Assembly: GCA_047459655.1 (NCBI GenBank)
Contig: JAJREF010000002.1
Coordinates: 160,001-224,000, forward strand
DNA length: 64,000 nucleotides
Source: Rhabdochlamydiaceae bacterium
GTDB taxonomy: Bacteria > Chlamydiota > Chlamydiia > Chlamydiales > Rhabdochlamydiaceae
Direction: 5' to 3'
Shown piece after piece: positions 11,377 to 32,095 of the stretch. The number at the start of each line of letters is the position of its first letter. The stretch's first letter is position 1. The notes under the pieces are model-generated. The model was not told the DNA's origin. It saw nothing but the letters and a program-made list of their open reading frames with translations, and did no database searches. Position numbers and translations under genes: made by a program.

Positions 11377-13260
11377 AACAGTCCGAGGTCGAGTCCTGGT
11401 CCTCAGCGGGCGCTAGGAGTGGAAAGACAAGTGTTATTACACACCGTATCGCGCATTTAATCAATGATCACCATGTTCCCCCTAATAAAATTCTAGGTCT
11501 GACTTTCACCAATAAAGCTGCGGAAGAAATGCGTAAGCGCCTTTCAGCCCTCTTAAACCCTCAGCTGGCCAAACAAGTCACGTTGTGTACATTCCACAGC
11601 TTTTGTATGCAGGTTCTAAGAAAAGACATCTCTCAGCTGGGATACACGAGAGAGTTTAGTCTGTATGATGAAAAGGATGTGAAGCGGCTCGTATCGCAAC
11701 TTGTCCGTCACATGTTGCAACATGAGGGAGAACTGCCTTCTCTCCAAGAAACTTTAGAAAGCCTGAAAGGAGGAACAAAGCCTACGCAGTTTGTGAAGGA
11801 TCTTGCAGAGCGGTTAAAAATCTGTATGCGCGCCTACAATGCAGTGGACTTTGACAGCTTGCTCTCACTAACGCTTCAGCTTTTTCAAGAGCATCCCACC
11901 GTTTTGGAGATGTACCAAGAGCGTTACCTCTACATCATGATCAATGAGTACCAAGATACAAACTCTATTCAATATCAACTTGCGCAGCTACTGTCGGGAA
12001 AATACAACAATCTCTGTGTGGTAGGAGATGATGATCAGTCAATCTATGGATGGCGGGGAGCAGAGATCAAAAATATCTTATCCTTTCCGTCTGATACGCG
12101 GATTAAACTGCAGCAAAACTACCGCTCCACACCCAATATTTTAAAGGCAGCAAATGCCCTTATCCGCAATAACTCTGAAAGACATGAAAAAGAGCTCTGG
12201 AGCGCGCAAAAAGAAGGAGCTCCTCTAACTATTTTCCATGCTCCTACAGAGGCAGAAGAGGCTCAGGGCGTCATCCAAAGGATGGTTAGTTTCCATAGAG
12301 ATTATAAAATACCTTGGAAAGAGATGGCTATTCTCTACCGCTCCAATATTTTATCACGCCCCTTTGAGCTAGGCCTCACGCAAGCGGCTTGGCAAAAGGA
12401 AGGCAACTGGGTCAGAGGCATCCCCTACCAAATTTTTGGGGGTCTTGAGTTTTATGAAAGAAGTGAAATCAAAGATATCACAGCTTATCTGCGCGCAATT
12501 GTTAACCCTCTTGATGAAGAAGCTCTCGTGCGCATCATCAATGTTCCCGTAGAGGAATCTCTGAGCAAGCGCTCGATAAACTGACCCAGATTAATCGCTC
12601 TAAAAACCTTCCTTTGTGGCAGATCCTTAAGGAGGCCTCTTCTGTTGAGGGGCTTTCTGATCGTGCTTTAAATGGCATCCAATCTTTTGTCAAATTAATG
12701 GAAACAGCCAGGGACAAGTTCTCATCTCCTCCTTACTCGACAACCCTCCAATGGCTTATAGATACAATCGACTACAAAAAAGCAATTGTCGAAGAAGTAA
12801 AAAGCGATAAGATGCGCCTCTTTAAAGAGGATAACGTAAAGGCTTTTGTGCAAAATTTAGCAGAATGGGAAAAAACAGCAGAGGAATCGCTCGCAGATTT
12901 TGTAGGAACGCTGACGTTAGATGAAGATACTTGGCTCCCTGAGCATCCAAAAGCCCATGAAAACAAGGTCAATCTAATGACTTTTCATAGTGCAAAAGGG
13001 CTTGAATTTTCTGTTTGCTTCCTCGTTGGGATGGAAGATCATATTATCCCACATGAAAAAAGCTTGCTAGAAGGCTCATTAGAAGAAAGAGAAGGCTGAT
13101 GTATGTGGCTATGACACGTGCTAAAGAGCATCTTGTGCTCAGCATGGCAAGACAGAGAAAAAGGTATGGGAAAGATGAAAACTCGAACCCCTCCCGCTTT
13201 CTCTTTGAAATTCCTAAACCACTGATTAAAGTAGCTGGTTGGAATGATGCGCTTTGTTAA
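11345..13260 (+). CDS. uvrD: UvrD/PcrA/Rep SF1 DNA helicase (frameshifted)
   Basis: MLNQEQKKAV...GKT, TFTNKAA, VGDDDQSIYGWRG, QNYRS, MTFHSAKGLEF and YVAMTRA motifs. Confidence 0.88.
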
Positions 13261-13951
13261 TCTCTCTGCGGAGAACTTCCTTTCCCCAAAGTCCATTCCA
13301 GTGAATGATGATCGCCTCGATATTTACACCGGCGTTTAGGCACCAGTTATATTTACCTGTAATTTCTGCGACTTCGACATCTTCATGATGAATGAGAAAT
13401 CCTAAGACGTCTTGGTCACTAAAGAAACGGTCATTGCAGCAAAGACAGGCTTGCGCCCATCTCTCAATGAGGAAGGAGTCTCTATTGAATGCAATCACTC
13501 CTGAATTATATCTCACTTCTTCTGAGGAAGTGACTTGTTCAGGTCCAATTGCGATACCTGAATGGGGATGGATCTTTTGAAAAAGAGGTAATATAGATCC
13601 CGTGATTTCACAGTCAAGATCACTCCAGATCGTCTGATCAAACGGCGTTTGGAGCATAGCAAAGGGTTTTAAAAATCTCTGCTTTCTTGCATTCCATGAT
13701 ATTTTACCGAAGCGCTCTTCCCACTCGCTAACCAGATCTTTGTTGATGAGAGACTCTGGCATCATGAAATCTTTTGATCTCTCAATAGAGATAACCTCTC
13801 CTTTGTATTTACACCATTTTCTTGCCTCAGCTGTCATTCCAAAATCAACAAAAGCTACAGGGTAAGGGTTGTGTTTGCGGTAATGTTTCCACCACCACAT
13901 GAGAAGCCACTCCTGCTCTTTATCACAGCCAACCATTATACCTTTTTTCAC
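13226..13951 (-). CDS. GT-A fold glycosyltransferase (GT8-like)
   Basis: KPFAM...WSDLDC (DXD), NSGV, SDQDVL, YNW and IIHW motifs. Confidence 0.7.
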   Translation of the reverse strand: MKKGIMVGCDKEQEWLLMWWWKHYRKHNPYPVAFVDFGMTAEARKWCKYKGEVISIERSKDFMMPESLINKDLVSEWEERFGKISWNARKQRFLKPFAMLQTPFDQTIWSDLDCEITGSILPLFQKIHPHSGIAIGPEQVTSSEEVRYNSGVIAFNRDSFLIERWAQACLCCNDRFFSDQDVLGFLIHHEDVEVAEITGKYNWCLNAGVNIEAIIIHWNGLWGKEVLRREINKAHHSNQLL

Positions 13952-14872
13952 AGGTTCCCTTTGATATAGTGTATAGCTTCACGGATCTCTTCTTGCGCTT
14001 CTAGGGGGGCATCTTGGAGGGCTTTTCTTGCATATTCTAAAGCTTTTTGTCTCTCTTCTTTACTGAAGCAGTACTGCGTGAGCGCCATTTCCACTTTCCA
14101 ACGATTCTCCTTGTCTTCTTCCCCAAAATGTTTCAAATATTTGGTCAAGGGTTTAATGACTTGATCGGGAGACATATTTTTCTTCTTTTCGTAGCTGAAA
14201 ATCTAAAAATGCAATCTGTAGGTGAGCGCCTTCTTTGTTATAAGCATCTCTTGTTTGAATCTCTTCTTTGAGCTTTTTGGCTTTTTTCCTCTCTACTCCT
14301 AGACATCTCTTATACTGCTCTAAAAGAAAAAAAGTACTCCTATCTAGCTTTAAGCCAATACCAAGGAGTTGTTCTTGCAATTTTTTGATGCCAATTGTTT
14401 TAGCTTCTGTATAGTAATGTCTGACAATTTCTATCGGCATTGCTTTCAGATCGATTTGCGTTAGCTTCTCTTCAAGAGCTTGCACTCTTACAAAAATGCT
14501 TTCCAAATGATCAGCCATCTCTTTCGGGGATTTTGGAAGGTAGCCGACTCTTGTTATTTCTTGCCCTTCTTTATCAACGAGAACAAAGACAGGGACTTGA
14601 TCGATATGATACTTTTTAGACATCTCCTGGCGGCCATTATCTGAAACGTAGACCCTCAAAAGATTGAAAGTTGCAGCAATAGAGGTTTTGAACTCTTCTT
14701 GATCCAAAATATCTGTTACAAGCTTGTCACACCAGGGGCACCCCTCCGGACTTAAAAATACCAAAAGAGCAGGTTTTTCACTTTTTTGTACATATTCTGC
14801 AAGACGCGGAGTTTCCAGGGCAACCAAGGGAAGACCCAATAAAAGAAGGAGAAAATAAAAAGCTCTTAACAT
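13948..14872 (-). CDS. Exported thioredoxin-fold (DsbH-like) protein with C-terminal helical/TPR-like region (frameshifted)
   Basis: Signal peptide, CPWC, and cis-Pro loop QVPVFV. Continues into ORF 13948-14175. Confidence 0.7.
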
Positions 14873-14905
14873 ATAATTTCCATGTATTTCATTACTCTAT
14901 AAAAA

Positions 14906-15370
14906 ATGTTTCAGTTTCTTCCAACCATTATTTTGCGCCACCGAAAAGAAAATCTTAAAAAATGCTCGCTGCGTGGATTGGAGAATCGCTCTGATTTTAA
15001 ATTTTTTACATACCCTAAAGATATTTTACCCCCGTTGGATGGTTACATTCTTTTAACGCTAGGCGCCCCTCTTCTTTCTGAACGAGAAAATAGACACGGT
15101 TTGTTTCTTATCGATGCAACCTGGCGGTATGCGGGCCTTATGTTAAAAAACCTTCCACCTATGGGATCTTGCATCCTCCGTAGCCTCCCCTCCTCGCTAA
15201 GGACCGCTTACCCGAGAAGGCAGGAAGATTGTCCTGATCCCGAAGCCGGCCTTGCTTCGATAGAAGCTCTCTATGCCGCCTACACCCTTCTAGGTAGAAA
15301 TACAGATGGATTACTTGACAGTTACCATTGGAAAGAAAAATTCTTACGTCTTAATTCGATGCTCTCTTGA
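14906..15370 (+). CDS. Tsr3/DTW-like aminocarboxypropyltransferase family protein
   Basis: ENLKKCSL, LIDATW, RSLP...TAYPR and LASIEALYAA motifs. Confidence 0.65.
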   Translation: MFQFLPTIILRHRKENLKKCSLRGLENRSDFKFFTYPKDILPPLDGYILLTLGAPLLSERENRHGLFLIDATWRYAGLMLKNLPPMGSCILRSLPSSLRTAYPRRQEDCPDPEAGLASIEALYAAYTLLGRNTDGLLDSYHWKEKFLRLNSMLS

Positions 15371-15405
15371 CTTTTCAAGTGCATTAAAATACTCTATTCA
15401 CCTTT

Positions 15406-16652
15406 ATGAACCCAAAAATTTACCCCCTTAAAGAGCACGGTCTTTCTATTGAGAGTATAGATCCCGATGCTCTCTATGTAATGCAAAAGTTAAGAGATGC
15501 TGGTTTTATTGCCTTTCTCGTCGGAGGAGGTGTTAGGGACCTTCTACTTAAAAAAACGCCCAAAGATTTTGATATTTCCACCTCTGCAAAACCAGAAGAA
15601 ATCAAACGTCTCTTTCGCAATAGCATTCTAATCGGAAGACGTTTTAGACTAGCGCACATCCGCTTTGGAAAAAAGATTTTGGAAGTCACGACATTTCGTT
15701 CAGGAGATAATGAAACTGATTCTTTGATCATTCGGGATAATAATTGGGGATCTCCCGAAGAAGATGTCTTAAGAAGAACTTTACAATCAACGGCCTTTTT
15801 TATGATTCTTCCAATCAAACGATCATTGATTACGTGGAAGGATACCCTGACATTGAAAAAAAATATCTACGGACTATAGGTCAGCCGTTTCTTCGTTTTA
15901 AACAAGATCCTGTCCGCATGATCCGGCTTCTAAAATTTAAAGCAAGATTTGGGCTAAATGTCTGTCCCGAAGCGCACATGGCTCTCTTAGATTGCAGAGG
16001 CGAGATCATGAAAAGCTCCCAAGCTCGCATTCTAGAGGAACTCCTTAGAATGCTTGAGTCGGGATCTTCGAAAGCCTTCTTCCAACTCATGGCAGAAAAC
16101 GGCATTTTACAACTCCTTTTACCTGCTCTTGCTTCTTTTTTAGAAACACAAAACGGGAGTGAACTGTACCATTATTTAAGTGAGATCGACCGCAATTTTC
16201 AAGATCCCGAAAAAATTGCGTTAGACAGGTCTGTTCTTCTGGCTTGCCTTCTTTTTCCTTTCTTACAAGCTCACCTAGATACTTTATTTATTAAGCGACA
16301 AAAAATTCCCCATCTAGGCGAAATCCATCAAGAAGCACATAACGCGATTGATAGTGTGTTTAGACCTTTCTTCCTGCTCTCTAGAAGACTGCGAACTGCT
16401 TTAATCACCATTCTCACCGCGCAATACCGTATGACTCCTTTCGAAAAGAGAAGATCTCATCGCCTACGCATTCCGAACGATCCCGACTTCCCGTTTGCTC
16501 TCCAGTTTTTAAAAATTAGAAGCTGTTTAGAGCCTGGATTTCAGAAAATTTGGGAAGAGTGGCATGCTCAACTAGATCAAGTCGAATTACCTGTGCACAG
16601 ACCCCGTAGAGTAAGAAAGAAAAAGACATGGACCCACGCTTTAAATATATAG
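15406..16652 (+). CDS. pcnB: Poly(A) polymerase (frameshift near 15780)
   Basis: VGGGVRDLL, PKDFD, IGRRFRLAHIRF signature, FTINGLFYD and DPVRMIR. Confidence 0.9.
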
Positions 16653-17352
16653 GACCTCCACTAGAAGAAGGCCCCCTTCCTACTGTCTTTTACTTTGCCC
16701 TTTCTGCCGAAGACAGTCTCCACTTAAGCCCCTTTAACCAACCGGCTCTAAGTTTACTACCTTTTAACATACGTGTTTTTTCCATCACACTTCCAGGTCA
16801 CGATGGACTCCCAGCCAAAGAAGCAATGAACTATTGGGCAGAGCACCTCCGCAAAGGATACAATATCATCGAAGAATTTATCACACAGGCACGTACTATT
16901 ATTGAAACACTTATAGAAAAAAATGTGATCCAAAAAGATAAACTGGCCGTTATGGGACTTTCCAGAGGCGTCTTTATAGCTTGCCATGTAGCTGCTGCAA
17001 TTCCTGCTGTTTCCACTATTTTAGGCTTTGCCCCTCTTACAAATTTATGTGCAATAAAAGAATTCTCAGACCCCCCTTCCATGGCAGATACACTGGATTT
17101 GAAAAATCTAGCAAGCTCCCTTGCAAATAGGAAAGTGCGCTTCTATATTGGCAATCATGATACGCGTGTTGGAACCAAACACTGTTTTGATTTTTTTTCT
17201 AGTCTTGTTCAAAAAGCTGGAGAGAAAAAATTCGCCCTATCCCCATGGAGCTTATCATCAAACCTTCTATTGGGCATGAAGGACATGGAACTTCTCCTGA
17301 CATTTTTCAGGAAGGTGCAAACTGGCTTCGGGAAATAATGGAGAATCAGTAA
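16628..17352 (+). CDS. Alpha/beta hydrolase
   Basis: GLSRG nucleophile elbow, NHDTRV, and GHEGHGT in the shifted frame. Confidence 0.7.
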
Positions 17353-17355
17353 TAT

Positions 17356-18473
17356 ATGTCTACCGATATTTTCATATTTGCCGGCGAACCAAGCGGTGAT
17401 TTGCATGGAGAAAAGCTCCTAGAAGCCCTTTTTCTTGAAAAGCCCGATCTAACTGTTGTAGGTGTAGGTGGCCCTCGGATGCGCGAGCAGGGGTTAGAGT
17501 GCTGCATGCCAATGGAAAAATTTCAGGTGATGGGATTTATCGATGTTTTTTTTGCTCTTCCCCGCCTTATTTGGCAGTTTTATAAAATCAGACGCACCAT
17601 CCTCCGATTAAATCCCAAAGTGGTTGTGACAATTGACTATCCAGGATTTAACCTGCGCCTTGGGAAATCCCTTAGAAAAAAGGATTTAAAGGAAAGCTAT
17701 GCCACTATATCTGTCCTTCCGTATGGGCATGGGGTAAAGAGCGCATCGAGTTACTTGCCAAAAACTTCGATTTACTCCTTTCCATACTCCCCTTTGAAAA
17801 AGAATATTTTGCTCACACCCAGCTTCCTGTTACCTATGTTGGACACCCACTAATCCAACGTATCCCCCACCCATTTCCTCTAAAAAAGTCGCACCAAATT
17901 GCAATCTTTCCAGGTAGCAGAACAAAAGAGATCGAGCGCAACCTTCCCCTTTACCTAAAAGTGATGAGAGATCTCTCGAAAGAATATGCAGGGCTTTCCT
18001 TTGCGATTTCTGTGACAGAACCCAAATTCTTTCCTCTCATTCAAGAAATCTTAAAAGAAGAAATTGTCCCAGTCTCGCTTGTCTCTCATGAAAAAAATAA
18101 AGAGCTCATCGAAAACTCTTTCTTAGCGCTTGCAAAATCGGGAACCATTACGTTAGAGCTAGCCCTTTATGGCCTACCAACTGTGGTCACTTATGCCATA
18201 TCTTCTGTAGACACATTCCTTGCTAAATACATCTTTCGTATCCATCTACCTTATTATTGCCTTGTCAACATTATTGCAAAAAAATCAGTCTTTCCAGAAT
18301 TGATCGGCCCTGCCCTTACAAAAAAATCTCTCACTACCAATTTAAAGAAAATGATTACCAATTCAGAGCTCCTTTCCAACTGCCATCAAGAATGCCTAGA
18401 CTTAAGAAAGATTCTAGGCCACCAAGCAAGCAGCACAGAAGCTGCAAAAAATATTTTAAATCTTCTGGTATAA
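17356..18473 (+). CDS. lpxB: Lipid-A-disaccharide synthase (frameshifted)
   Basis: AGEPSGDLHG, IDYPGFN, PGSR, KSGTITLE and FPELI motifs. Confidence 0.9.
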
Positions 18474-18498
18474 GGGAAAATTTGGTAGATTATTATCT

Positions 18499-18960
18499 AT
18501 GACACACGAATTAAAGATTTTTATTGAACAGCTGCACCCCGATCATCAGCAGAAAATCGATCTCTCTGTTCCTCCTGATTTTTTTGAGCTCTCAGAGACA
18601 GAATTGATTCTGGAGGTTCCTGTCTCTATCAAAGGGGAAATATATGTGACAGACCACCACCTCATCCTCCATCTTGATGCTAAAACAAAGGCCAAAATGC
18701 CTTGTGCCATCTGTAATAACCTCACCGACTTATCCCTTGAAGGAAAAATTTACGAAAGCCTTCCTCTCTCTGAAATAGAGGACTCTATTTTTGATTACAG
18801 CTCTTTTGTCAAAGAGGAGTTATTGATCCAGATCCCTCTTTTTACAGAATGCCAAAACAACTGCCCCGAGCGCTCTAACCTAAAATCCTTCCTAAAAAAA
18901 GCAGAACCAAAAAAGGCTACCTCTCCAGACGACACCCATTTCCCCTTTGCCGGACTCTAG
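18499..18960 (+). CDS. DUF177/YceD family protein
   Basis: CAIC...C..C zinc ligands and C-terminal PFAGL; lies upstream of rpmF. Confidence 0.75.
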   Translation: MTHELKIFIEQLHPDHQQKIDLSVPPDFFELSETELILEVPVSIKGEIYVTDHHLILHLDAKTKAKMPCAICNNLTDLSLEGKIYESLPLSEIEDSIFDYSSFVKEELLIQIPLFTECQNNCPERSNLKSFLKKAEPKKATSPDDTHFPFAGL

Positions 18961-18965
18961 AGGTG

Positions 18966-20193
18966 TTAGACACTCTTCCATTCATAAAAACCAGGCGGCA
19001 GAGCTGTACATTCACAGCAAAAACCAGTTTCCACTATATTATCTATATGAGCCTGCCTTAATTTAGCAATCATGTAAACATTAAAACATCCTCTACAAAC
19101 GGAGTGTAATTTAGACAAAGCGCAGGCATAAACCGCAGCAGTACCTGCCTCCCTACAAATGGTACACTCTTTATCTGATACTTTAGGAAGACCTGCGCAA
19201 ATAACCCGGTATTCAAAACTATATTTTTTAACGCGATTTCTTGCTCTCATAAAAAACAGAGGCAACCATTTTTCTCGCATAAGCTCTATCTGTCGATCAT
19301 AAAATTCTCCTAAGTCTTCTCCCTCTGGAGGAACTGAGGGAAATTGCTCCAATAAAGCTTGTTTATTTCTTGCTTTTACCTCATCCGACGTGTTGAGTTG
19401 ATCCTCTAAGCTTAAAAAAACTTCAGATCGAATCTTAACTTTCCCATCAACCAATCTCTCCACTCTTCTCGACTTCCTAGAGAAGCATCATACATAGGGT
19501 AACTCTTTAGGAGTTGGAGGTTGGCTTCCACCAAATGCTCTTCTTCACTCACGCTGTTTCTAAGGGACACAGTTGATTCTCGTTTGTATACAATCATCTC
19601 TATATCCCTGTACTTATACCGTTGACACATCATCCAAACCTGAATAAGTAATATGAATAAGTGAAAAAATCGATTCTTGGGAAAATGTAAGCCATTACAA
19701 GATTTATAATCGCTCTAGCTGGGGTCAAAACTTGCAAATAATCACCTATTAAAGATTGCCTTCTGGTAGTTATGATTTCACTGCGATCGAAGTAGCCATT
19801 CTGATCTAGATATTCTTCCTTGTGTCTTCTACTCCTTCCTTCAAATATCGATCTATCTACACATCTAAGGTAGATAACCATAGCAATTCCAACCAAACCT
19901 CCTATAGCCCAGAAGCGAGGATTGCTTGCAAATGATAATTTACTAATAGAAGGAAGTTCCCATTTATGGGGATGCTGAGCATAAACCTTAACTAGATCTA
20001 TGTATAAGAGAAGTCCGCTGATTAAATTAGTGTATTTGCAAACTCCTTGTTTTTTTTGAAATTGAGGATTATTTGGAGCGGTGCTTAAAGAAGTTATAGA
20101 ATCTCTAGACCCAAGTACATTAGGCTCCATTAATTGGGAAACATCTAATGCACCACAAATGACATAAATTTGGGTAATGGGGCTCAATTCCAT
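18966..20193 (-). CDS. Hypothetical TM protein with C-terminal RING-like zinc finger (three fragments, probably one gene)
   Basis: ORFs 19630-20193 (TM), 19412-19633 and 18966-19463. The last carries CTIC...CALSKLHSVCRGC...CCEC. Confidence 0.55.
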
Positions 20194-20341
20194 TATTTCT
20201 CCTATATCATATAATCAGGATCCTGATTCTAAATGAGAATGTTTTTACAGTCTAATATTTAATAAGATGCAGCAGCTATCGCGAAAAAACTTCTTTGATA
20301 ATTAATAACTTAAGTGCTTTTTTATAAAGCAGTTGTATAAA

Positions 20342-20503
20342 GGAACCTCCGAACAAGTGGTTTGTCGGAGATTGCTGATCAGTTTTTCGAAGACGACGAT
20401 TTTGGAGAGCGCAGCTAACATGCAGAATGTTAGCAAGTTCGAAAAATCTAGTATTCGCAAAAATTGGCGGCAAGATTCGGGAAATGACTTGTCCAGAGGT
20501 TCT
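20342..20503 (+). mobile_element. MITE family A, copy 2 (full length, 162 bp)
   Basis: GGAACCTCCGAACAAGT...ACTTGTCCAGAGGTTCT termini; internal hairpin GCTAACAT-GCAGA-ATGTTAGC. Confidence 0.85.
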
Positions 20504-20632
20504 TTTTAAAGCAATTATTTAGGAAGAATTAAAAAAAATTTATCAAAATACATCGACTCCAATAATAATTTTAATTCCATTAAATACACCCCTTCTCTAT
20601 AATCGCCACTAAAAATTAGGAGCTTAAATACC

Positions 20633-20812
20633 ATGGCTGTTCCACGTAATAGAACTTCAAATGCGAGAAAGAATTCACGCAGATCTCACCACGCTAAAGT
20701 CGCTAAAAATGCAACAGCCTGTGCAAACTGCAGAAAAATGAGACTTTCCCATAAAGTTTGTCCTCATTGCGGCCATTATGCAGGACGCTCTCTCGTTGAT
20801 GCAACCAACTAA
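20633..20812 (+). CDS. rpmF: 50S ribosomal protein L32
   Basis: MAVPRNRTSNARKNSRRSHH...CANC...HKVCPHCGHY. Confidence 0.95.
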   Translation: MAVPRNRTSNARKNSRRSHHAKVAKNATACANCRKMRLSHKVCPHCGHYAGRSLVDATN

Positions 20813-21760
20813 AGATTCTCTTCCTAAAATCGGCATTGATCTTATGGGAAGTGATACTTCCCTGAAGACCTCTTCCAAGCTATCTCTCTTTTCATTCAAA
20901 AAGAAAATTCGTTCCATCCCGTTATTTTTGCCACTTCCGATGTGATCCAAAAACTTGCAACTTCTTTTACAACCATAGCCGCCACCAATTTCATTGCGAT
21001 GCATGAAGATCCGATTGAAGCTGTCCAGACTAAAAAAGACTCCTCTCTCTGCCTTGGATTAACTGCTTTAGCCACCGGAGAAATCGATGCTTTCGTATCT
21101 GCTGGCCACACCGGCGCCCTCCTTGTCGGCAGCAAAACCATTCTAAAAACACTCCCCGGAATCGACAGGCCGGCTCTCTTAGCTGCGCTTCCTACTAAGA
21201 AACACGAGGTTGCTGTGTTAGATGTGGGGGCAAATACCTCCCTTCAAGCAAAACACCTCATTCAATTAGCAGCCATGGGACTTGCTTATCAAAAAACAAG
21301 AGGTATTGAAAACCCTAAAATTGCCCTTCTAAATATCGGGAAAGAGCCCTCCAAAGGAACAACTCAACTTCAAGAAGCCTACCACCGTTTACTAACGCTC
21401 AAAAATGGGGTTTTTGTAGGAAATATTGAAGGAAGAGATGTCTTTGAAGGAGACATTCAAGTCCTTGTAACCGATGGGTTTGCTGGCAATATCTTTTTAA
21501 AAACAGCAGAAGGTGTTGCTTCATTTATCTTAAGCCATCTTGAAAATGAGCTTTCTTCTGAAATGATAGGGAAATTGCGCACCCGCCTCCATTATACGGA
21601 GTATCCTGGAGCGATCTTGTGCGGGATTAATGGAATCGTTATCAAGTGCCACGGAGATGGAAATCCAATTGCCTTTATCAATGGCATTAAAGGAGCCATC
21701 CGCCTTGTCCAGCATCAGTTTATTAACTCCCTAAAAGAATCTTTATATAAAGGGCTGTGA
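20799..21760 (+). CDS. plsX: Phosphate acyltransferase PlsX (frameshift near 5' end)
   Basis: IGIDLMGSD, SAGHTGA, DVGAN, VTDGFAGNIFLK and IKCHG motifs. Confidence 0.92.
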
Positions 21761-21788
21761 AATAATAAACCTCTCTAATCCCCCTAAA

Positions 21789-22078
21789 GGAGCCTCTGGA
21801 CAAGTCATTCGTCGAATCTTGTTGCCAATTTTTGCAAATAGACCTCTTTCGAAATTATAATGGCCTGTATTTGAGATTATTTTCCGCTAGTTGGAAGATC
21901 GATTTGTAGGTCATATTGGCTTAATATGACCTACAAATCGATCTTCCAACTAGCGGAAAAAGAACTCAAATCCAAGAGCATTAGAATTTCGAAAGAGGTC
22001 TAATACTAGATTTTTCTAACTTGCTAACATTCTGCATGTTAGCTGCGCTTTCCAACAAACCACTACTCCAGAGGCCCC
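21789..22078 (-). mobile_element. MITE family A, copy 3 (reverse, partly deleted), interrupted by a family B MITE
   Basis: GGAGCCTCTGGACAAGT...TCCAGAGGCCCC with TAAA direct repeats at 21785-21788 and 22079-22082. Confidence 0.85.
21840..22001. mobile_element. MITE family B, copy 1 (162-bp near-palindrome)
   Basis: AGACCTCTTTCGAAATT...AATTTCGAAAGAGGTCT termini, central perfect 38-bp arm hairpin with GGCTT loop, AAT target duplication. Confidence 0.9.
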
Positions 22079-22090
22079 TAAACTCTAGTC

Positions 22091-22120
22091 TTGAGTAATT
22101 CCTTAAAATTATGCTATAAT
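22091..22120 (+). promoter_or_regulatory. Putative extended -10 sigma66/70 promoter of the giant gene
   Basis: TTGAGT-18 nt-TATAAT with TGn extension (TGCTATAAT), 11 nt before ATG 22132. Confidence 0.45.
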
Positions 22121-22131
22121 CTTTAAATCTT

Positions 22132-31691
<9,560 letters not shown>

Positions 31692-31706
31692 AAACCACCT
31701 TCTATA

Positions 31707-31970
31707 GGAGCCTCTGGACAAGTGCTTTGTCTGAGATTGCTGATCAGTTTTTCGAAGACGACGATTTTGGAAAACGCAGCTAAAATGCAGAATGTTAGCG
31801 AGTTTGAAAAGTAGAAGGGCAATATAGAGTATATATTGCCGTTCCTATTGGAATAGAAAATCGACCAAAATAATCCATAAAATCGACGAACCCTTAATAC
31901 GCAAGAGGTCTAATCTAGTATTCGCAAAAATTGGAAGGAAGATTCGATAAATGACTTGTCCAGAGGTTCC
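31707..31970 (+). mobile_element. MITE family A, copy 4, carrying a 101-bp foreign insert
   Basis: GGAGCCTCTGGACAAGT...ACTTGTCCAGAGGTTCC with TATA direct repeats on both sides. Confidence 0.85.
31811..31911. mobile_element. Truncated third MITE (family C) with a family-B-like end
   Basis: Ends ...GCAAGAGGTCT followed by AAT; internal hairpin GGCAATATA...TATATTGCC; left end missing. Confidence 0.6.
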
Positions 31971-32026
31971 TATAACTCACCTTACGCAAAAAGTGAGTAA
32001 ATTTATTTTTTTATGAAAGCTGAAAG

Positions 32027-32055
32027 TTGCGTTTTAGGCTAGGGACCTATATAAT
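32027..32055 (+). promoter_or_regulatory. Putative sigma66/70 promoter of the rng operon
   Basis: TTGCGT-17 nt-TATAAT. Confidence 0.5.
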
Positions 32056-32095
32056 CGCTTTTTAGTGCTTATTAAAAGCGCAAACGGATTAGTCA

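Noticed and set aside
18966..18978. TTAGACACTCTT at the RING gene stop and ATTAGACCT near 47039 as MITE B ends
   Set aside because: The matches are short or gapped and have no partner ends, which is compatible with chance.
20276..20473. 65-aa minus-strand ORF, and the 61874-62062 ORF, as standalone genes
   Set aside because: Both are largely translations of MITE A.
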